The notes: generated by a model not told the origin, from the letters alone. 64,000 nucleotides of DNA from an uncultured Gemmatimonadaceae bacterium (GCA_963829055.1 CAWHHI010000020.1:640001-704000), one strand, 5' to 3'; counted from the first letter of the stretch, positions 12,382-25,221 are shown. Numbers and translations are program-made.

Positions 12382-12388
12382 GTCCGCG

Positions 12389-13271
12389 GTGACTGAATCG
12401 GTGACGACCCAGACACCGACGGCGGCCGCGCCGCCGTCGGTGCAGGCCGCGCCGCAGTCGCTCATGCGGCGGCTGTTCACGCTGCGCGAATCCCGCCGCC
12501 GCTCGTCAAGCGCGCAGTCGGGATCGCCGGCGTCGGCCTCGGCGTGTTCGTCTGGTTCCTGCTCACGCTCGGCTCCACGCCCGAGACACGCATCGTCTCG
12601 CCGGTCGTGCTGCCGAGCCCGGGGAAGTGCTCCGCAGCATCCCGACGCTGTTCACGCGAGCGCGGACTCGTCGCGAGCACGGCGGCGACGCTCGCGTCGC
12701 GTCCTCAGCGGCTTCGGGCTGGCGATCCTCGTCGGCGTGCCGTTAGGCATTCTCGCCGGCGCGTACCGCATCTTCGACGCGTTCACCGGACCGATCTCGC
12801 TGTTCTGCGCAACATTCCGGTCGCCGTGCTGATCCCGCTCACGATTCTGTGGTTCGGCATCGACGAGACGCAGAAGACGATGTTCATCTTCATCGCCACG
12901 GCGCCGTTCGTGTTCTTCGACGCGGCGCGCGCCGTGGCCGGCGTGCACGACCGCTACGTCGAGACGGCGCAGACGTTAGGCGCGTCGCCGCGCGCAGGTC
13001 GTGACGAAGGTGCTCATCCCGCTCGCGATGCCCGACATCTACTACAGCCTGCGCAGCCTGTTCGGTCTCGCGTTCGGCTACATCATGCTCGCCGAGCTCG
13101 TGAACGCGGAGCACGGGCTGGGCTACCTGCTGATGATCGAGCCAGCGACGCGGGCTCACCGAGCACATCTTCGCGATCCTCATCGTGATCGGGCTGCTCG
13201 CGTACGGGATCGACCGGCTGCTGTACTGGTTCCAGCGCGGGCTGTTCCCGTATCGGACCGAAGACGACTGA
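12389..13271 (+). CDS. ABC transporter permease, NitT/TauT/SsuC family, frameshifted
   Basis: VLPSP, GVPLGILAG, RNIPVAVLIPLTILWFGIDE, ETAQTLGAS (EAA loop), AELVNAEHGLG. Confidence 0.85.
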
Positions 13272-13278
13272 CACGACC

Positions 13279-14153
13279 GTGACGCACGAACGACAGCCAG
13301 CGCGCGAGCGCCGGCGCCACCGCCGGCCGCGGCGCCGCCGGCTCGCGCCGCCGGTCGTCCTGTTCGACCACGTGACGAAGACCTACGACAACGGCTTCAC
13401 GGCGATCAAGGACGTGTCGTTCGTCGTCGAGGACATTCCGAACGAAGATGGAGTTCATCACCATCCTCGGTCCGTCGGGCTGCGGGAAGTCGACGGTGCT
13501 GCGACTCATCGCGGGACTGACGCCGCAGTATCCGGCGACGTCGGGCACGGTGCTCGTCGTCGGGCAAGCCGGTGCTCGGTCCCGGGCGCCGATCGCGGCA
13601 TGGTCTTTCAGGATTACTCGTCGTTCGACAATCGCACGGTCGAGGACAACGTCGCGTTCGGGCTCGAGTGCCGCGGTGTTGCCGCCGAGCGAGCGGCGCG
13701 AGCGCGCGCGCGAGTGGATCAGCAAGGTCGGCCTCGACGTCGATCGCGATGCGGCGAAGTATCCGCACCAGCTCTCGGGCGGCATGCGTCAGCGCGTCGC
13801 CATCGCGCGGACGCTCATCCTGAATCCGCGCATCATCCTGATGGACGAGCCGTTCGGCGCGCTCGATCCGTCGCACGCGGCTCAGCATGCAGGACATGCT
13901 CGTGTCGCTGTCGCGCGAGGCGCAGGCGACGGTCTTCTTCGTCACGCACTCCATCGAGGAAGCCGTCTACCTCGGCGACCGGACGTACGTCGTTCTCGTC
14001 GTGCCCGGGAACGATTCTCAAGGAGCTGCGCGGTGCCGCCGCCGGACTTCCCGGCGAAGCGAGATGCAGCGGCAGCCCGAGTTCATGGAGATCGTGTTCG
14101 AGATTCGCGACATGGTGGAGTCGCTCGAGATCGTCGACTCGCGCGGGGGATGA
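13279..14153 (+). CDS. ABC transporter ATP-binding protein, NitT/TauT family, frameshifted
   Basis: Walker [50 protein letters not shown]. Confidence 0.9.
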
Positions 14154-14197
14154 GTGAGCCCGCGCGTGGCACACCGGACCGGCGGAGCTCGTCGCTG

Positions 14198-15121
14198 ATG
14201 GCGCCTAACGACTCGTCCGGCGCCAGACTCGGCGCCTACGTCAAGCACGCGTTCCTCTACCCCTGGAACCTGCTGTTCTTCCTCGGCGGCGCGCGCGCTG
14301 GCGGCAATGTCGCCGCAGGCCCGACGCATTCCTGCCGATCATCGGCGGACTCGAGCTCGCGTACCTCACGGGCCTGCTCGTCGATCCCACGCTTCCGCAC
14401 CGCGATCGACGCGAAGATCGCGGCGAAGGCGCGCGAGGCGAGCGCGCGACGCGCCGCGCGTCGAGCCGTCGAGCCAGCAGTCGCTCGAGCGCATTCTCGA
14501 GTCGCTGCCGGCGCCGGCGCTTCGCGCGCTTCCTGCTGCTGCGCCAGCGCTGCTTCGAGATGCGCTCCATCGCGTCGCGGCATTCGCGGCCAGGCGGACC
14601 GGCACGCGCGACTCGGCCGAGATCGATTCGGACGCCGGCGCTCGATCGACTGCTCTATCTGTTCCTGCGGCTGCTCGTGTCGCAGAACGGGCTCGATCGC
14701 TTTCTGCGCAGCACGAGCGAGAAGGAGCTCGACGCGCAAGCTCGACGGACATGCGCACGCGCTTCGAGGCGGCGAAGACCGGCCGGCGACGAACGCGTGA
14801 CGCAACTCGCTGCAGGACAGCGTCGCGGACGCCGAGCTGCGGCTCGACAACTATCGGAAGGCGACGAAGGACGCGGAGTTCGTGGCGATCGAGCTCGATC
14901 GCATCGAGACGAAGATCCAGGCGCTCATCGAGATGGGTGTGAGCCGCCAGGACCCCGAGACTACCTGAGCCATCAGGTGACGGCGGCGGCGGAGAGCATG
15001 CAGCACACGGAGGCCGCGGTGAACCAGCTGCAGCATTTGACCGGCCTCGCCGACTCAGATCGACGAGCCACCGGCGATTCTCGAGGCGACCATTGGCGGA
15101 CTGGTGGCGCGTGACCGCTGA
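14198..15121 (+). CDS. Two-TM membrane protein with long alpha-helical/coiled-coil cytoplasmic domain, frameshifted
   Basis: Stitched: [52 protein letters not shown]...[16 protein letters not shown]; start could also be ATG at 14150. Confidence 0.65.
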
Positions 15122-16958
15122 GTCGATCGCCGCGCACGCGCCGCGTTCAGGACGCCGCGCGCGTCGAAGCGCGGAGCTGCCGGCGTGGTATCCGCCGTGG
15201 GCGCGAGTCGCTCGCCGAGCAGTACTTCTCCGGCACGGCGTCGGTGTTCGTGCTGCACGGCAACACGTACGACCTCGTTCCGCTCGTCGACCCTGACGCG
15301 GACGGCGCGGCGGACTACGGGACGGTTCCCGATTTTCTGGCCGAGCAGCTGTTCGGCCGCTGGGATCTCGTGCTGCACTACGATCTCGGTCGCGGACTGC
15401 GCGTCGTTCGCCGGGCGCAGTGAGAAACGACTCAAGGAGATGGTCGCGCTGGCGACGCGCCGCATCGGCGATCTGTCGACGGTGAAGAACGATCCGGCGA
15501 TCGTGATCGGGCTGCTCGATCTGCTCGTGCGCGACAACGTGATGGCGGCGCCGGAGAAGCGGCTCAAGATCGCGATTCTGATCAACCAGGCGTCGTTTCT
15601 GTTCCCCGCCGGCGAGCCCGGTCGAACGAGCTTCGCCGGCGTCCGGCATGCTCGTGACGCTGCTCAACTGGGCGACGAGCACGCACGTGAAGCATCTCGA
15701 GATGGCGTGCGTGCTCATCGACGAGCGGCGGAGTGACGTGAGCGATCGCGTGACGGGCAATCCGCACGTCGCGACGGTCGAGGTGCCGCTGCCCGTCGGA
15801 GGACGAGCGCCTCGCGTTCCTGCGCGACGTCGCGACTCGCGGCGCGAACGGATCGGGCGTCGCCGATTGGTCGCGCGCGTCGGACTACACGCGTGGAGCA
15901 GCTCGCGACGCTCAGCGCCGGCATGTCGCTCAACGATCTGCGGCACGCTGGTCGCGTGCGGCGACACGCGGCGGGCCGCGTCTCGACTCGCAGCGTGTTC
16001 CGCGATCTCAAGAAGCGCCTGCTCGAACGCCAGGGACAGGGGCTGCTGGAGTTCATCGAGCCGAAGTGGAAGCTCGACACCGTCATCGGCCACGAGGCGG
16101 CGAAGCAGCGGCTGCGCGACGACGCGGCGTTGCTCGCGCGCGGCGCGCTGGACTGCGTGCCGATGGGCTATCTGCTCTGCGGACCGGTCGGAACCGGCAA
16201 GTCGTTTCTCGCGATGTGTGCGGCCGGCGAGATCGGCATCCCGTGCGTGATGCTCAAGAACTTCCGCTCGAAGTACGTCGGCGAGACGGAGGGCAATCTC
16301 GAGCGCGTGCTGTCGGTGCTCCGCGCAATGGGCCCGGTGATGGTGGTCATCGACGAGGCCGACGCGGCGTTAGGCGACCGCGATACCGAGGGTGACTCCG
16401 GGACGTCGAGCCGCGTGTTCGGCATGATCGCGACGCAGATGGGCGACACGCGTTATCGCGGCAAGATCCTGTGGATGCTGCTCACCGCGCGGCCGGATCT
16501 GCTGCCGATCGACATCAAGCGCCAGGGCCGCGCCGAGGTGCACATTCCGCTGTTCTATCCGTTCGGAGGACGACGAGCTGCGGAAGATGTTCGTCATGCT
16601 CGCGAAGAAGCTCGGGACGACGCTGCGCGAGGAGGACGTGCCGCCGGTGCTCCGCGGAGCACAAGGGCATGCTGTCGGGCGCGGACATCGAGGGCATCGT
16701 GGCGCGCGCGTGGCGGCGGTCGCTGCTCGTCGGGCGCGAAGGTCGGTCACGCCCGAAGCGCTGGCCGAGGTGATCGCGCAGTTCCTTCCGTCGACGCAGG
16801 GGCTGGAGAAGGAGCTGCAGGAGACGGCGGCGATCATCGAGTGTACGGATCGCGAGTTTCTGCCGCCGGCGATCGTGGCCGAGGTGGAGCGGGCTGGTGG
16901 GCGCGGGCCGCTGCAGCAGCGCCTAACGGCGCTCAAGGAGATGGTGGCGCGGCTCTAG
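15111..16958 (+). CDS. Classic-clade AAA+ ATPase with degenerate N-terminal domain, frameshifted
   Basis: Walker A GPVGTGKS, pore loop SKYVGETE, Walker B VIDEAD, SRH-like RPDLLPIDIKRQGRAE; N-terminal VFVLHGNTYD...LHYDLGRG without a Walker A. Confidence 0.85.
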
Positions 16959-17194
16959 TCGTGTGCGACGGGGCTGGGCCGGCGTCATCCCGGCGTGCTG
17001 GCCAGTCACTCAGCACGTCAGCACTGAGTATGAGGTGTCAGGCGTCAGTCTCCGAGCCCAGTAACCAGTCCGCCGCAACCCAGCGCGACCCAAGCCGGCG
17101 GATACGGGGCCTGATGCCTGACACCTGCTGCTGAGCAGTCGCTGACGCACTTGGTACTGGCCATGCCGCCGCCGGATGCTGTCCCGTTAGCAGT

Positions 17195-19935
17195 TTATTC
17201 GCCCGCAACGCGATGATGGGGTCGACTCGCGCCGCCCGTCCGTGTCGGTACGACGGCCGCCAGCAGCGCGACGCCGAACAGCACCGCGGCCGCAAGCGCG
17301 AACGCCAGCGGGTCGCGTGCCGACGTCTGGAACAGCAGCGGCGCCACCGTCGGACCGGCGGCGATCGCGATCGCGAAGCCGATCACCGCCCCGACGATCG
17401 CCACGCGCACCGCGCCGTCCGATCACCATGCGGCCGATGTCGCGCGTCCCTGCGCCTAGCGCCACGCGGATGCCGAGCTCGCGGATGCCGCCGCGAGACA
17501 TCGTACGCGAGCACGCTGTAGAGGCCTAACGCCGCGACGACGACCGCCAGCAGGCCGAACACGCCGAACGCCGTGGCACCCAGCTGCCACGCGCGCATCT
17601 GCGGGTTCACCAGCGTCGTCGAGCGGCTGCACGTCGATGAACGGCGCGTCCGGGACGCGCGTCTGCAGTTCGCGCCGCAGCGACTTCCACCGCCTTGCCG
17701 CGATCACCGACCGGTCGCACGAACAGCACGCGACTGTGCGACCAGGCTGGGCGCCTGGTCGAGCGGCACGAAGAACTGCACGGCCGGGTCCTCGAGGAGC
17801 GCGGAAGCGGCGGGAATTCTCCGACGACGCCGACGATCTGGGCGCACGGCATGGTGTCGCCGCCGACCTTCATGCAGTGACCGATCGCTTCCTCGTTAGG
17901 CCACCAGAGCTCGGCCAGCGTCTTGTTCACGACCACCACGCGCGCCGACGTGCCCCGGTCGGCCTCGGTGAAGCCGCGCCCGCGCAGAATCGCGTATCCC
18001 CATCGTCCGGAAGAAGTCGCTCGCGACGGCGTTGAAGTACGGACCGCCTGCGCGCGTGAGCGGCAGCGAGTCTCGGCCGGGCACCTTCACCTCCTCGGCC
18101 CAGAGCGTAGAGAACGGCAGACCGCCGGCGACGCGCCGCATGCTCGACGCCCGGCGCCGCCCGCGCCGCAGTCGAGCAGCCGCGTGTACAGCGCGTCGAT
18201 CTCCGACGTCGCGCGATGCGCATGCCGGACGTGCGCACCTTGACGACCAAGCACACGATCAGTCTCCAGACCTAACGGCAGCGCCTGAATGCGCTCGCAG
18301 GCTGCGCACGAAGAGCACGGCGCCCGACGAGAAACACGACCGTCAGCGCCGCCTGCGTGACGAGGAGCAGCACGTCCGCGTGCGCGAACGCACCGGGCCG
18401 CCGCTCTGGCGCCGGCGCGCAGCGCGTCCGAAACCGCAGGGCGACTCGACTGCAGGGCCGGGAAGCAGACCGCTCACGATCCCCGCCAGCGACCGCGGCG
18501 ATCGCCGTGTAGGCCACGAGACGCAGATCGACGGCGCGGCCGGCGGCGAGTCGGACGTGAAGAGCACGCGCCGGACGAGACCACCGCCCCACACGGTCAC
18601 GATGATCGCGGCGATACCGGCCGCGAGCGCGAGCAGCACCGTCTCGCACACGAGCTGCCTGACGAGTCGCGACCGCGATCGATGCCGAGCGCGATTCGCA
18701 CCGCGACCTCACGCTGGCGCGCGATACCGCGCGCGAGCTGCAGGTTCGCGACGTTGGCGCATGCGATGAGCAGCACGAGGAGCGATACCGCGCCGAGCAG
18801 GACGGCGACCTTCGCGTCGGTGCTGTCCGCGCGGGCCTCGTCGCGGCAGCACCGAGACGAGCATGCACGCTCGGGCTCAGCGTCGCGATCTCACGAGGCG
18901 ACTCGCCGTCGCGAACGATCGCCCGCGCGCAGCGCCGCCGTCGCGATCGCCGATGCCCGCTCGGGCGTCACGCCGGCCGTGAGACGCGCGCGATGATCTG
19001 AAGCCAGTAGCCTGACGACTGCGCAACCATCTCTGCGTACTCCTCCGCGCGTGACGTTGGCCGTGAGCGGCACCCAGGCGTCGACGACTTCGCTCGTCAC
19101 GCCGGTGAAGCCCTGCGGCGCGACGCCGACCACGGTGTATGGTCGTCGCCGATCGTGAGCGTACGACCGATCGCCGACCGGTCTGCCCTCGAACTGTCGC
19201 TGCCAGAATCCGTAGCCGAGGACGAGCACTCGCGGCGCGGTCGGGTTGCCATCCTCTTCGGGGAGGAAGAAGCGGCCGACCGCGGGCCGCACGCCGAGCG
19301 TCGTGAAGTAGTTCGCGGAGACGCGCATGCCGCGCAGCTCATGCGCGTCGCGCCCGCGACCGAATCGCCATGTCGTCGGGCGAATACGCCGCGACCTGCT
19401 CGAACGCCGACGCGGCCGATCGCATGTCGCGATAGATCGGGTACGACAGGACGCGCTGCTGGCGCGTCGTTGCCGTCGACGCGTCGGCCCAACTCGCGGA
19501 CACTGACGACGCGTCGCGGATCGGTGACGTGCGCCGGCGCGCGCAGCAGCAGGCGGTCGATCGACGCCGAACATCGTGACGTTCGCGCCGATGCCTAACG
19601 CCAGCACGAGCACGACGACGGCGGCGAACCCGGGCTGCGATGCGGAGCGAGCGCGCGGAGTACGCGAGGTCCTGGCCGAGCGTCTCCCACCACGCCTGTC
19701 GTCGCTCGCGCGTCAGCCGCCGCTGGTCGACGCGCGCGATCTCGGCTCGTGCCTCGGCGACGTCGCCGAACTCGCGCGCCGCAATGTCACGGGCGACGTC
19801 GGCTGGCGTGCCTCGCGCGACGAGCTCGGCGACGCGGCTCTCGAGGTGGAAGCGGATCTCGTCGTCGACGTCGCGCTGAACGCGGCGGCCGGACTCCGGG
19901 AGGTTGAGCAGGCGGCGAATGCCGCTCACGCGCAT
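17195..19935 (-). CDS. Duplicated MacB/FtsX-type ABC permease (ADOP family), heavily frameshifted
   Basis: [11 protein letters not shown] prefix, [52 protein letters not shown]. Confidence 0.85.
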
Positions 19936-19944
19936 TCTCGCGGC

Positions 19945-20302
19945 TCATGCTGGTGCCCTCCCTTCGGCCGACTCGAGGATGCGGAACACCGCTTCGACGT
20001 AGCGCGTCCAGCTCGCGGCCTTGGTCTGGAGCTGACGGCGTGCCGGCGGCGGTCAGCTGATAGTAGCGCGCGCGCCGGTTGTTCTCGGAGAGTCCCCACT
20101 CGCTCTCGATGAGGCCGTTCTCCTCGAGCCGGTGGAGTGCGAGGTAGAGCGCGCGGTCCTCGACGAGGATGACGTCTTCGCTCGTCTCGCGGATCCAGCG
20201 GGCGACGGCGTAGCCGTGGCGCGGGCCCCAGGCGAGGGTGCGGAGGACGAGGAGGTCCAGCGTCCCCTGCAGGAGCATCGGTTCGGCGGCGGCGTTCGGC
20301 AT
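19945..20302 (-). CDS. PadR family transcriptional regulator
   Basis: LLQGTLDLLVLRTL...RHGYAV...ALYLALHRLE...EWGLSENNRRARYYQLT; directly upstream of the permease. Confidence 0.9.
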
Positions 20303-20376
20303 CGCGTGCTTCCCCGGAGTGGCTCCGGGGAAGGTTGTCATGGGGACGGACCTTCGCAAGTGCTGGCTGGGAGCCC

Positions 20377-20478
20377 GTCAACGCGAGCGGCAGCGAGGCG
20401 ACCTGCGTGAGTACTCGTGGCCGGCCTGGCTACGATGACTTCACAGAAGGTCCGCATCGCTGACGCTCGCGGATGACA
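20377..20478. repeat. Degenerate copy of GTCATCCCGAGC-type palindromic element (subfamily with GTACTCGTGGCC...TCACAGAAGGTCC core)
   Basis: Core GTGAGTACTCGTGGCC...GCTACGATGACTTCACAGAAGGTCC matches the elements at 47105 and 62386; right end GCTCGCGGATGACA. Confidence 0.65.
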
Positions 20479-20486
20479 GCGAGCTT

Positions 20487-21817
20487 CTACTGACACGCCG
20501 CCACCGCCTCGCGCAGCAGCGGAAGCACCGCGCTCGATCTCGGCCATCGACACGGCGCCGACGGAGAGTCGGAACCAGCCCGTGTCTTCCTTCACGCCGA
20601 ACGCCTGGAATGGCACGACGCCGAAGCCCGCCGCCTTCAGCAGGTAGCGGCGGACGTCGTCGTTCGTGCGCAGCGTCTGGCCGTCCGGGGTCCGCTTGCC
20701 GTTCAGCGCGAAGCGCGCGCTCAGGTAGATCGCGCCCATCGGCAGCCGTCGCGTCGACCGGCAGGCCGTCGGCCCGCATCGCCATGATGCCGTCGTACAG
20801 CGCGTCGAGGCGCTGGCGCAGCGCCGGCCGTGAGTCGGCGTCGCGATACGTGCGCGACCTCGTTAGGCGCGTCGAGCAGCTTCGCGGTCGCGATCTGCTC
20901 CGCGCGCGGCGCCCACGCGCCGACGTGGCCGAGGAAGTTGTTCATCGAGTCGATGATGTCTTCGCGGCCCGACGACCCAGCCCACGCGCACGCCCGTCGC
21001 CGCGAACGCCTTCGAGATGCCGTCGACGTAGATCGTGTACGGCGCCATCTCCGGACGCAGCGACACCGGGTCCACGTGCCGCGTGTCGCCGAACGTGAGC
21101 ATCCAGTAGACCTGGTCGTACATGACGTACAGCGGCCGCTCGCCGGCGCCGCGCCGCGCGTTCTCCTCGAGCACCAGGTCGCAGATCTCGCCTAACGCTT
21201 CCGGCGTGAACGCCGTGCCGGTCGGGTTGAGCGGCGAGTTGAGCGAGAGGAGCCGCGCGCCACGGATCACCGGCGCGAGCAGCTCGCGCGTCGGGCAGGA
21301 ACGTCGTCGTCGCGCGACGTCGGCACCGGGACGGCGACCGCGCCGGTCAGGTGACAGTAGTGGTTGTTGTTCCACGACGGCACCGGGAACACGACGCGAT
21401 CGCCGGGATCGACGAGCGTGCGGAACGTGCCGTAGATGCCCGGGCGCGAACCGGCACGTGACGAGCACCGAGCTCGCCGGGATAGTCGAGTCCCAGCCCG
21501 CGCTCGTAGAACCGCCGCACGGATTCGCGAAGCGGCGCGACGCCGTTGGACGGCGGATAGTTCGTCTCGCCGCGGCGCAGCGCCTCGGCGATCTCGTTCT
21601 CGAGGAACTTCGGGATCCGGAATTCCGCCGGCGAGAAGTCGCCGACGGTCAGGTTGCACACGCGCTGTGCCGGCCTCGGTCATCGCGCGAATCTCGCCGG
21701 CGATCCGCAGGATCTCCGAGCCGGACATGCCTTCCGACATTGCCGACATGCGGCGTGCTACTTCGGTCGACTGCTGACGGTGTCGATCGTGCCTGTGGCA
21801 GATCCTGGTTCGAACAT
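20487..21817 (-). CDS. PLP-dependent aminotransferase class I/II (aspartate aminotransferase-like), frameshifted
   Basis: NLTVGDF, YPPSNG, NSPLNPTG, MYDQVY, DGISKAFAATGVRVGW, WFRLSVG. Confidence 0.85.
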
Positions 21818-22125
21818 GTCGCAGCCTCGGGTGCGAGTGAGCGGCGCGCGGAGACGCGTCGCGGCGGAAAAGATCGGGCGGCGCTCCGGAAACTTATCGA
21901 CGCCAGCGCCGCGAGGTGAACGCCAAGATCACCATAGATCACATGCCGCGGTGTAGGGTCACGTCGGCCGGGCTCGACGCGATGACGCTCCAGCGGTCCG
22001 CGCGATGCGCTCCATGGCGCGCGACCGGCCGTGTGGGTCGGTCGTCTCTCACGCGAGCGGCTCGCGCAGCTTCCATCGCACGCGTCAAGTCCACCGCCAT
22101 CCGAGCGACGCACTCGCTCTTCACC

Positions 22126-23384
22126 TTGGCCGAACCACTCGCCCGCCACCTCGTTCCCGGTCGACGGCATCGAAGTCCCGATTCACGACGGACCGCCCAC
22201 ACCGGCTGCCGACACCGGCGGTCGCGCCTCGCGATGGCACTGCTCGCGTACGTCGCGCTCGATCACGGCCGTCGTCACGCTGCTGCCGTTCCAGTTCGCG
22301 CTCCCGACCGAGCCGCGCGTGATGCTCACCGGCGGGCTGTTCGACGTGCTGGCGAACGTCGGTCTGTTCGTGCCGCTCGGCTTTCTGTACGCGGTCGCTC
22401 GACAGGACGCGAGCCGTGCCGCCCGCGCGAGTCTTGCCTCGTGGCGCTGCTCGCGAGCGCGTCGATCGAGTCGGTGCAGCTCTTCGAGGTAACACGATTC
22501 GCGTCGCTGTCGGACGTGCTCGCCAACGGATGCCGGCGCCTACCTCGGCGCGGTGCTCCAGCGGCGCCTGTCCCGACGCATTGCGATGGACGCGCGGACC
22601 GTCGGGCGGCTGTCGCTCGAGCTGCCGCTCATGGCGACTCGTCTATCTGCTCGTTCCGCTGCTCTGGCTGGACGGGCTCGCCGGCGCCGAATCGGCGACG
22701 CCGCTCTGGCCGCTGCTGGCGCTCGGACTGTTCGGAGCGAGCCTGCTCTCTGCGGCGCAACGACATCACTTCGGCCCGAACCATCTGCTGTCGCGCGAAG
22801 CTGATGGTCGCGGCCGCATGCGGGTGGTTTCTGCTGGGTGCGTTTCCCGGGCTCGCGCCGCGCGCGTCGATCGTGTTGCTTCTGATGCTCGCGGCGATCG
22901 GCGCGTTCGTCTGGGTGCGCTCGGAGGACCAGAAGCGGAGCGCGCTCGATCAACCGCCGCTTCGAGTCGAGGGCGCTCTCGGAAGCGGCTCCATTCTACG
23001 CCGCGTATCTGCTGCTGCTCGTCGCCCCGGTCGCCGGACTTTCGGCATCGTCATGGCGTGGCGCGCTGGGATTCGAGGCGACGCGGGGACTGGGGAACGA
23101 CCCCGGTGCTGCACATCGTCGAGACCGTGGCGGCGTTCACCTTGCTCGGCTACATGCTGGCCGAGTTCCGCGGCCGACGCGAGGCGCGATTTCGGGACGG
23201 TGTGCCGCACATGGCCGCCTGGTGCGGCGGTGCCGCGCTGGTGGCCGAGGTGCTCGAGGGGTTCCGCCAGGACGGCGGCGCGAGCGCCTGCGCTGGGCGC
23301 TTCTCGTCGTGGGCGTCGCTGTACGGCGCGTGGCTCTATCACCTGCAGCGGGCGCACGTTAGGCGACTGCTCGGGCGGGCGTAA
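22126..23384 (+). CDS. VanZ-like membrane protein, frameshifted; start uncertain
   Basis: VTLLPFQF, DVLANVGLFVPLGFL, SASIESVQLF..TRFASLSDVLANG (VanZ motifs) followed by further TM segments. Confidence 0.65.
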
Positions 23385-23482
23385 CGGCACACCCGAGCGC
23401 GACGGCGGCTCGACGAGGGTTCAACGCGCGCGGGACACGCTGGCGTAGAGGAAGGCGGACCCACCTTCCAGCCGAAGCCTCC

Positions 23483-25010
23483 ATGCCCCGCACGCTCTTC
23501 ATGCATCGCGTCGCCCTCGCCGCCCTGCTCTTCCCTGCCGTCGTCCAGGCGCAGGCGCCGAACCGCTCGCCGGCCGCCGGCGAGCCCAAAGTCGGTCCGC
23601 CACGAGGTACCGTGATCGTGGTGGGTGGTGGGTCGATGGGCCCGGAGATCTACTCCCAGTTCATCGAGGCGGCGGGAGGGCCGGACGCGCTCATCATCGA
23701 CGTGCCGAATGCCGGCGGCGCCGACTCGTACGGGCAGGACGCGCCGGGCACGCGCGGGTGGAAGGCGGCCGGCGCGAAGAACGTCCACGTCCTGTTCACG
23801 AAGGACCGGAAGATCGCGGACTCCGACTCGTTCGTGGCGGTGATCAAGAAGGCGGGCGGCGTCTGGTTCGAGGGTGGGCGCCAGTTCCACCTCGTGCGAG
23901 GACTACGGCGGTACCAAGACCGAGCAGGCGTTCCGCGATGTGCTCGCTCGCGGCGGTGTCGTCGGCGGATCGTCGGCAGGCGCCTCGATCCTCGGCGACT
24001 TCCTCGTGCGCGGTGCGCCGTCGAGCAACAACCGGATCATGGATTATCCGGGATGCGAGAAGGGATTCGCGTATCTGCGCGAACGTCGGCATCGATCAGC
24101 ATGTGGTGGCGCGCGAGCGACTGCCCGACCTCGCCGATTCCATCATGACGAAGTACCCGAAGATGCTCGCGATCTCGGAGGACGAGGGCACGGCGTGGGT
24201 AGTAAAGGGCGACACGGCGACGATCATCGGGCGGAACAAGGCATTCGTCTACGGCGGCAACGACCCGAACGGATCCTGGCGTTCCGTTCCTCACGCTGCG
24301 ACCGGGCGACATGTACAACCTCGCGACGCGGCGAGTCATGCATCGCGCGGTCAGCGACTCGCCGCTGACGCGTCGCGTTCGTCGATTCGATCTTCGCGAA
24401 ATACAACGACGCGTCCGCTGGCGGGGCGACGGTGCTCGTCGCGCAGGACGGGAAGGTGCTGGTGAACAAGTCGTGGGGAATTCCGCCGCAGGCGCGTTAC
24501 ATGCCGACGACGACGGTGCCGCAGTTCACGTTAGGCGCGATGTCCGGCGTGTTCACGACGTTGTGCTCGCAGATTCCCGAGCCGCCGCCAGGCCGGCCGA
24601 ATGCGGCCGCGCGCGACACGACGCAGCCGGACACGACGCCGAATCCGACAGCAGGGATGACGCCGTTTCAGCGGTGCGTCGCGCGGCAGATCAGCGGCCC
24701 GATCGGCATGCACAAGACGACGGCAACGCCGGATGGTCAGGTGCAGTCGAACGTCGACGAGCTGTACCGACTCGAGCTCGGGCTCGAGAATCCTCGCACG
24801 TGGAAAGACATCGACCCGACGAAAGGCTGGGAGGCGGACACGGCCAACGGCGTTGCGCGGCTCGGCGTCTACGGCGCCGAGGGCGGAAAGCGAAGCGCGT
24901 TCGTGCGGGTTCCGGACAAGAAGGCGGTGGTCATCATCCTCACGAACGATGACTCGGCGGACGCGAAGGGAATGGCTAACCGGATCGCGGAACGGCTACT
25001 CTCGCGTTAG
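23483..25010 (+). CDS. Secreted cyanophycinase-like peptidase S51 fused to a truncated beta-lactamase-fold domain, frameshifted
   Basis: Signal peptide ...AVVQAQ; VIVVGGG, WFEGGRQ, GGSSAGAS, GIDQH; then VLVAQDGKVLVNKSWG...QFTLGAMSGVFT...VIILTND. Confidence 0.7.
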
Positions 25011-25016
25011 GCCATG

Positions 25017-25207
25017 TTTGGCCGGCATCGCGATTCGTATCACCAGTAACATGTCGTGAGTCCTCAGTCGTCAGGCATCAGGTTTCAGTCCCGCCTGGCG
25101 AACGGCTTGGGTGGCCGTCGATGCGCCGACTCAAGACTCGACTGATGACTGATGACCGACGACTCACGAACTGAAAACTCACGACAGGCGCGAACGCTCG
25201 CGATGCC
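25017..25207 (+). mobile_element. About 190-bp MITE-like palindromic element, copy A
   Basis: Terminal IRs GGCATCGCGA/TCGCGATGCC, heptamer-repeat arms (GACTGAT), reverse-complement match to 30358-30546. Confidence 0.6.
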
Positions 25208-25221
25208 AGCCGTGCTCGTTC

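Noticed and set aside
14366..16093. Long antisense or alternative-frame ORFs (e.g. 14366..16093 -, 47781..49127 +, 55395..56708 +, 21916..23448 +)
   Set aside because: Arg/Ala/Pro-rich shadows of real genes, expected at high GC where stop codons are scarce; no independent motifs.
8895..16958. Type VI secretion, MoxR-vWA chaperone or anti-phage system interpretation of the operon
   Set aside because: No Tss, Hcp or VgrG genes; the ATPase has classic-clade rather than MoxR motifs; no nuclease or other effector domain seen.
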